Assembly: GCF_009914755.1 (NCBI RefSeq)
Contig: NC_060932.1
From: the human T2T-CHM13v2.0 reference genome, Homo sapiens
Length of the DNA: 64,000 nt
Strand: one strand, 5' to 3'
The notes beneath the pieces were generated by a model that saw only the letters and a program-made list of their open reading frames with translations, was not told the DNA's origin and searched no databases. The translations under genes were made by a program, and so were the position numbers. Shown in pieces: positions 55,981 through 64,000 of this stretch (position 1 is its first letter; each line of letters opens with the position of its first letter).

Positions 55981-57163
55981 TAGAAGAAAACCTAGGCAAT
56001 ACCATTCAGAACATAGGCACAGGCAAAGATTTCATAAGGAAGATGCCAAAAGTGATTGTAGCAAAAGCAAAAATTGATAAATGGGATCTAGTTAAACTAA
56101 AGAGCTTCTGCACAGCAAAAGAAACTATCAATAGAGTAAATGCACAACCTACAGAATGGGAGAAAATTGTTGCAATCTATGCATCTAACAAAGCCTAATA
56201 TCCAGCATCTATAAGCAACTTAAATTTACAAGAAAAAACAAAAACAAACTTACAAGAAAAAAACAAACAACCCCGTTAAAAAGTGGGCAAAGGACGTGAA
56301 CAGACACTTCTCAAACGAAGACATACATGCACCCAACAAACATGAAAAAAAGCCCAAGATCACCGATCATTAGAGAAATACAAATCAAAACCACAATGAG
56401 ATACCATCTTACACCAGTGAGAATGGCTGTTATTAAAAAGTCAAAAAACAGCAGATGCTGGCAACGTTGTGGAGAAAAAGGAACGCTTTTACACTGTTGG
56501 TGGGAGTGTAAATTGGTTCAACCATTGCGGAAGACAGTGGCAATTCCTCAAAGACCTAGAGGCAGAAATACCATTCAACCCAGCAATCCCATTACTGTGT
56601 ATATACCCAAATGAATATAAATTGTTCTATTATAAAGACACATGCACACGTATGTTCATTGCAGCACTATTCACAATAGCAAAGACATGGAATCAACCTA
56701 AATGCCCATCAATGATAAGATGGGCATTTAGGATAAGAAAATGTGGTACATATACTGGGTAAGAAAATGTGGTACATATACACCATGGAATACTATGCTG
56801 CCATAAAAAGGAACAAGATCGTATCCTTTGCAGGGACATGGATGGATTATCCTTAGCAAACTAACACAGGAACAGAAAACCAAATACTGCGTATTCTCAC
56901 TTATAAGTGGGAGCTAAATTATGAGAACACATGGACACATGGGGGGGTGGGACAACAACATACACTGGGGCCTGTTGGAGGTTGGGGGGTGGGAAGAGGG
57001 AGAGGATCGGGAAGAATAGCTAGTGGATGCTGGGCTTAATACCTGGATGATGGGATGATCTGTGCAGCAAACCACCATGGCACATGTTTACTTATGTAAC
57101 AAGCCTACACATTCTGTACATGTACCCCTGAACTTAAAATAAAAGTTGGAAATTTAAAAAAAA
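55981..57163 (+). mobile_element. L1PA (about L1PA10-13) ORF2 end and 3' UTR, 5'-truncated
   Basis: TAGAAGAAAACCTAGGCAATACCATTCAG; ORF track peptides ([40 protein letters not shown]) match the L1 ORF2 C-terminus; 3' UTR GATCTGTGCAGCAAACCACCATGGCAC...AACTTAAAATAAAAG. Confidence 0.95.
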
Positions 57164-57639
57164 TTATTTTTAAGGACACTATTCAGAAAACAAACAAAAA
57201 ATATTGGTGAAAGTGGCCTGTAATTTTTTTTATTTGTGGAAACTTTCAGTTCAGGAGAATATGATCCATTTTTGTCGATTTCAGGTATGTTTGAAAGAAA
57301 ATGCATTTGCTTTCGCTCAATACAAAGCATTTCTCTGTGTATATATGTACATATTAATTAACCATGCCATTCAAATCCTCTAAATCATTATAGGTTTTTG
57401 TCTACTAGATCTGTTGTTATCTGAGAAATGTCTGTTGTGTTCTTTTATGATTGTGCATTCGTTGATTTCTTCTTACAGTTTTTCCCATTTCTTCTTTCCA
57501 TATTCCAGACCTTCATTTTCGATGCATAAATATGCATCTATAATATGTTTCTCTTTTTTAGTTTATCATTATGAAATATCTTCCTTTATAGTTTTTAACA
57601 ATTTTCTTTTACCATAAAGCCTTTTTTGCACTGTAGTAA

Positions 57640-58153
57640 TTCTTTAGTTACTAGTGCTGTGTGGCAAAGTACCCCACAAGTTTAGTATTATAAAACAACA
57701 AATATTTTATTTGGTTCATAATTTTGTGAGACAGGAATTTAGGAAGGGCTCAGCTGGGTGATTCTCGGTTGAGGTTGCTTGTTTGCTTCTGGTCAGATGT
57801 GAACTGGGGCAACCTCATCTGAAGGTTCAATCAGGCTGGACTTGCATGCCTGGCAATCCTCTGAAGATCTTAGGAGAGTGCCTGCATGTGCCTTCTCCAA
57901 CATGGTGGTCTCAGAATAGGCAGACTTCTTCCATGGCAACTGGCCTCCCCAAACAGTGAGTATTCCAAGACGAACGGGTGGAAGCTGGACAGCCTTTTCT
58001 GACCAGGTCTTGAAAGTCACATCACATCACTACAGCCATACTTTACTGGTTGAAACAAAGACAAGCAATCCCAGATTCAAGAGGAGGAGACAGAAACTCT
58101 CTACCTCTCAATGAGAGGAATGTCAAGAAAATTTGGGCCTATATTTTAAAATC
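57640..58153 (-). mobile_element. MLT1H-like MaLR LTR
   Basis: CAGGAATTTAGGAAGGGCTCAGCTGGG...CTTCTCCAACATGGTGGTCTCAG...CCCAGATTCAAGAGGAGG...ATATTTTAAAA. Confidence 0.7.
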
Positions 58154-58479
58154 TGTCTCTATATATATGTAGTATGTAAACATTTTCCTTAAAGATACAG
58201 TGTTAAGTAAAAGTAGAAAGTACAGAAACATTTGTGTGGTTTGCTATAATTTATGTAAACAAGAAAGAATTACATATATGTATATATGTGTGTATATATT
58301 TTTGTATGCCAAGGAATGTTTTAGGGAGGATATTCAATAAACTGATCTTCTAGGTAGCCTCTGTGGAGGAAACCCACAGGGCTGGAGGGCAGACATGGAA
58401 AGGAGGCTGTGTAAATGTTCCTACTATTGATTTTTTTTTTACCACAAATAAATAAAATTGAATTTAAAAATAGAAACTT

Positions 58480-59460
58480 AAGCTGCATATTGGGAGAAGA
58501 TCCATGTAAAACATGTAATTCACAAGGAATTCTTTTTCAGTATTTATAAAGAATTCATGTAAATTAATAAACACACACATACAACCTAATTTTGAAAAGG
58601 GTGAGACAAGTCTATTCACAGTCAACTTACTGGGACACCCAAATCCTGAAAACAAAAATTCTCAATTTCACTAATAATCAGGGAAGTGCTAACTGAAACT
58701 ACCGTGAGATACTATCAGATCGGCAAACATTAAAAAGTATCACAATACCCAATCTGGTGAGGATGCAGAACAAAGCAGCTCAGGCACTGCTGAAAATTAA
58801 GACAACATTGAAACAATTTGGTAACACCTAGAAAAGTTAAAGATGCATCTGCCTTATGACCCAACCATTCACCCACAGGAGACGCAGCCTAGAGAAACTT
58901 TAGACTGTGTATGAGGATATCCACAAGGATGCTCACGCTGCATTGTTCATGTCAGTGGAAATTAAGAAATGCTCATCAATAGGGATATAATAGGGTAGAT
59001 TCATACCATGAAATGTAGTTAAAATATTTGGCTAACTTACCTTTGACATCATGTTTTAAAATGTTTACATTCAGTAAACATAATATGGAGTGAAGAAATA
59101 ACTGTCAAGTTGCAGAATGATCCTTTTAGCGTGTCACCAAAGTCACAGATTTTCAGTCACACAAAAGCAGGGCCGTGTATTGTTTATGCCTATATGCATG
59201 TGTGCAGAAAATATAAACACCTGGACGGGAAGAGACACTCCAATCTCAGGGTGAGGCTACCTTTTGGAGGGGACAAGGGGGCGTGGCCAGGGAGGAGCAC
59301 AGAGGAAGCTGGGCCTAGGATGACCATTCAATTTCTTAAGGAAATAAGATCTAAAGAAATTTGGCAACATGATAATACTTCTTATATCTGGGTAGTGCTA
59401 TTAACTGTTAGCTCTAGTGTCATCTACACTTCTCTATCAATGTGAAATACTTTGACAATG
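58480..59460 (+). mobile_element. L1ME ORF2 end and 3' UTR remnant
   Basis: TCACTAATAATCAGGGAAGTGC; CCTTATGACCCAACCATTC; ACAAGGATGCTCA. Confidence 0.65.
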
Positions 59461-60034
59461 ACCAGGAAGCATTTTTGAAGGATCTATTTTCTAAAGGATC
59501 AATTTTAATCAATCACTATTTAAATAATAATCAAGACAATGGCCACCAAGTGCAAACAACTGACACAATGTTTTTGTTATTTTGTTTATTTTGTTGCTTT
59601 TGGCTGATGTGGATGGAAATTAGCTGCAAACAGCTGTGAAAGGAGAACAGCCCGTTGCCTCCTGGTAAGCACTGAGCTTATATTCATATTCCTAGTATCA
59701 CAGAGTGATGCTAATACAATCACCAACTAGGTCATTTATGAATTTCACAATGCCTGTCAAAAACAGTGGCAAACAAATAAAGTTTTTAAGTAATTAAGTC
59801 AGAAAAGGATTTAATGTATTTTAAGTATGTTTTTTAAAATTCCTTGCAGAGATCTATACAGTGAAAGTAGGTCCTCATCCTGATGCCTTGCCACTCAAAA
59901 GATGTCATTAGAATTACCATTAAATACAGCCTAGAGGTGCTTTGTTTCTAAGTCTTTACCCACTAAACAGAACATCTCTATCACCTCCTAAATAATTAGA
60001 GCAAAGCCATATTTTTAAGTTATTAAACTAGACC

Positions 60035-60438
60035 ATTGCTTTTGTTCCCAGCATCCTGCCTTCCCTCCCATCCATATGGTGACTGTGGGAGCAACCATTC
60101 TGTACAATACAATGCTGCCTTCTTGGCACTGTTGATTGAAATGGAAGTGGGCTTCTAACAAGTTGGGTCAGTTAGGGTTCTTTGAAATTTTTGGAAAAAT
60201 ATTCTGTAATGAGAGAAAAGCATGAAGCTGGTATGGAAGGCAAGGAGGAGGGAGAGGAGTCTTGGCAACCCATGAGTTCCTTTCTTCAGTTTTTCCTACA
60301 ATTCTCATTTTTACCACAGGCTGGCTGTCTTGTGAGATAGTCAAATACTTTCCTAGTAGATCTCTCCTTCCCTTTATCTACTTAAGCTAGTTCAGATTGA
60401 ATTTCTGAACTTGCAACAAAGGGCAGTTTTCATGAATA
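60035..60438 (+). mobile_element. Old MaLR LTR (MLT1K/L-like)
   Basis: Ends CTTAAGCTAGTTCAGATTGAATTTCTG.ACTTGCAAC...AATAC. Confidence 0.55.
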
Positions 60439-62347
60439 CTATTACTGGCTGTTGTTTATCATATGTACAGTGAATAAAAATAAAATTATAGAAATTGTGA
60501 CAATGATATCTGACCGACTTGTTTACATCAGAACAACTCTAATCAAATAACTACTTGAATTATATAATACAGAATAAGTTATACATAATGTGGTTATTTC
60601 CTGACACACTCTTTTCAATAAAATATCACTCAACCCTTTGTCTCATCTCTAAGGATGAATTATTTGTCCTGCTGGTCCAGAGAGACAGAGCTCAGTGTGA
60701 TCATGAAGCTGTGTCTTGCTCCTTCACGTGAAGGCATTTCTTTCCAGTAGAGTAGATAAAATAAAGCACTAATTGTTTCAACATCCAAAGAATACAGAAC
60801 TTCCCTTATCATCTGACTCATTTTGGTTAAAAACTAAACAATATCCAAAGTGAAGTCATAATCCCAGGCAAAGAAAATACCACACTCAAGAGTTCACTTT
60901 AAAAGAATCTGATAGCTATCATTGATGATTGGGTGTGTTATTGAACACTTTGAAAATATTGCATCCACTATCACCACCAAAGGAATCAGCAACTTGCTAT
61001 CCCTCCTCCATCTAGTGATAGCTCTTCACTGAGCACTGATTTCTCACTGGGCATGGCCTCAGAGCTCCAGAGCAGTAGGAGTCAGACAGGTTTCCTTGGA
61101 CCTAGCTCCTCGGAGGAGTCCTGGGCCAAGAAATCAGGATTCATTCTACATAATGGCTATGTTCAGGAACTCTGTGCATGGAGGGAAAGAGCTGGGCTCT
61201 AGACACCAAAGCAACATGTCTAGAATTATGAATTTTTTAAAAATCACATAAAACCAGGAGAGGCCAAGAGGCTAGAGCTCTTGACTCCCACCCGTGATTT
61301 AACCACAGATGTTCCATTTGATCTGTTTTTATTTGAGGTTCAGTGAAAGATTTAATTTGAAATACATGTGACACCATCAAAATATGTTTAACAGCCACCA
61401 TATAGGGACTTTAAGGAATTAAGAAGCACTACATCCTCCTTGAAAGAGGCAGCTAACATTGTCACAAAGGAGAAAGATCTGTCTAGCATTTCTGGTTTAT
61501 TGTGGTGTCCAGCGTGCTGGGATGTAAACCTCAAATACCTCTCTTCTTAAAGCTTCCCTTCTCCTGCTGGGCTACAGCAGTCCTGTTTTTCCTGCTGGAG
61601 ATGGTGTTTAGTGCCACAGTGAGAACTAGAGAGGAATGAGTAACTCTGCAGTCAAGCTCAGGTACCAACAGGGTCTCTTTTGAGTATTTCCGACTTGGTC
61701 TTGTTTAAATTTAAATCCAAAACCCTCTGCCTCCCATCAGTCTCTGAGCTTCTAGATTAATCCATAGCTCAGAGACTCTGGGCGAGGGGGAGGCTGGGTG
61801 GGGTGGCAGTGTATGGTTTGCTCCCACACCACTCCACTTCCGGCCTGTCTTCAGTGCTCGCTCTTCTCACTTTTCCAAACAGAGAATAGCACAGAGTTGG
61901 GCAAGTATGACCTTTGGAATGGGAAAGATCCAAGGCACTCTTTGTTCCCCTAACTGCAGCCAGTTGTCTAAGGTTTTGGTAACCTGAAGAGCAGCCCCAA
62001 CATGTCAGGGGACTCATGCCCCTTACCACTGGGGCACATGTCCAACCATGACAGGGAACTTCATCTGCCCTCCAGGCTTCACAGCTTGAAGCTCAACCCT
62101 TGTTCCTTGGCTATGGCGAGAGAATGTTCCCCAGACTCTGTCACAGACAATGGGTCCCTGGAGAGTTGGGAGTAAGGATGGTGGTGGTTGGTGTTTGGGT
62201 CCCTTCTGAGCTGGTTCCTCTCATGAAGCTCTGGGGAGAGGTGGCATGAGGCCCTTTTGGATCTTTAGGGCCACTGGGCCTCAGGTTTGTTACTGTCCTT
62301 AATTGCAAGACAATAAGAAAAGTCTCACTAGCAGTCAATTACAGGTT

Positions 62348-62410
62348 GATAGATGATGGATGGATGGATGGATGGATGGATGGATGGATGGATGGATAAA
62401 TGGATGAATA
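62348..62410. repeat. (GATG)n tetranucleotide microsatellite
   Basis: Pure (GATG)10 at 62355-62394 with degenerate flanks. Confidence 0.96.
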
Positions 62411-62634
62411 GACATATAGAGAGAATGACCAGATAGAGGTCTCAAGTGTGTAGCATGGGTCATAAGAGTTCTGGGGACTAAAGGAATGCTATGGACAGGT
62501 AAGGTTTCACAGAGGAGGGGCCTAGAAAGGTACTTTGAAGGATGGACTATAGCAAAAAGACAAGGCTCTCCAGGTGGAAGGAACCATGTAGGCAGATGCA
62601 CGGCAATGGGAACTAGTGATGAGCACTGACTGCA

Positions 62635-62775
62635 GGAGCTATGATTGTACCATTTCTGAGTGCTTACTCTATGCCGGGTAGCATACTATGTGCTTTACAG
62701 AAAACCATTTCAATTACTCTTTGCAGCAACTTTATAAGGTACATATTATCAATGTCCTTTAAGAGAGGAAAAAAT
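62635..62775 (-). mobile_element. MIR
   Basis: ACCATTTCTGAGTGCTTACTCTATGCCGGG...CTATGTGCTTTACA...AACTTTATAAGGTACATATTATC. Confidence 0.65.
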
Positions 62776-64000
62776 AATTAACATTTTTAGTGATTATACT
62801 GGGCATAGAAAAATGACCTGATATTCATTACCTCATTTAATCTGTGTCAGAGTGAAGTTCTATTTTTATGGCAGTGACTATAGCAATTATATAGCTTGTT
62901 CTAAATAATAAAATCAATATGTGACAAAGCTGGACTTAATGCCCGGACATGTTGATCCAAACAGCCAATCAAGACCTCCTGTGAAACCCCGCTGGGAAAT
63001 AAGTTTGGAAAAATAAGTTGGACATTTGAAAAATGTTTTAGTACTAGTCTATAAGGATGGAGGAATTAATTTTTCAGCAATGAAGGACCAATAGAGGTTT
63101 TAAAGATAATAGCTGCAAAATCAAACATCACCTTGTGAAAATTAACCAATTTGCAATGTTCTGAGCAAATTATGAGTCAAAGAAACAGGGAGAGAGGGAG
63201 GGAAACAAGGAGAAGGTAATCACAATGGTGGAGCTGCTGATGAGGGAGTGAATATACTGTAGAGAGGGGGGAAAAGAAAAACATGAAAAGGAAATCATTG
63301 AAATGCTTAACGACTAATTTGATGTAGCTCCAAGTCTGGGTACCTGAGAAAATGATAGCCCCATTTATACAAATAGGTAAGACCCGAAGAGATCATTTGA
63401 AAAGGAATTAGTTTATTATTCTCTACTAAGAAATCTGTAAATGCCTGAATCCATATTGCTTACAACAGAACAGAAATTCATATGTTTCTACTGGAGGTAA
63501 TCTAAGAATGGTCAATTTCTGGTATTACCATATCTAAGAATGACATATTCCCTATAATCATTATGCATCCTGAAAGCTTAATTAGAACAAGGTATCTATG
63601 TATTGTTATAATTATTATTACACCATACTAATGAATTAATAACAATGTAATTTTAAAAAAATGGTAAAACGAAAACAGAATAATTCCTCTATGTTTTATA
63701 CTTAGAGTGACTTTTCTGATCTTCAGTATCTTAAAATTCAAATATAAAATTCTATGTTTTTAAAATTTCCCGATTTCCAGCTAGGAATTTTTGCCCAGAC
63801 TCTTTCCAAACCAGACTCTGTGCTACTCTTTTTCTGTTATTACCCATCCTCACTTAGGAGGATCTAAAGAAAAAAGATCACATAAGCCACTCAACTTTAT
63901 AAATAAATGTGGACAACCGGGAGCTAGCCATATGGTACCCATTTGTTGGAAGTCCCAACAAACTGTTCATTTCTCCCAAGTGTTCCTTTTCAATATATTA

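Noticed and set aside
55974-56762. ORFs resembling L1 ORF2p
   Set aside because: Real homology, but frameshifted pieces of a 5'-truncated dead L1PA, not a gene
56940-57010. G-quadruplex-like G runs
   Set aside because: Ordinary G-rich tract of the L1PA 3' UTR, present in very many copies

Overview
Repeat-rich primate (most likely human) non-coding genomic DNA, identified by AluJ/S/Y, L1PA/PB/M, L2, L3, MIR, MaLR and ERVL LTRs and MER/MADE1 DNA transposons. I found no credible protein-coding exon, RNA gene, CpG island or CRISPR array, and the supplied ORFs are explained by repeats, low complexity or chance. The only recognisable protein homology is fossil: a decayed ERVL pol at about 50.5-51.9 kb and L1 ORF remnants. 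I found no new biological system. The best second-look items are: an old L1MA insertion whose perfect 16-bp TSD encloses about 250 bp of non-L1 DNA (candidate 3' transduction, 9687-11027); templated inverted-plus-direct insertions (56697-56781, 34596-34660); a perfect 18-bp hairpin (35002-35044); a duplicated AP-1/GGAA unit inside an ERVL LTR (20774-20807); and a 0.9-kb hierarchical CA-rich array (13610-14500). Repeat family calls come from recalled consensus sequences read by eye. Boundaries of old elements are approximate, and subfamily names need RepeatMasker/Dfam confirmation.
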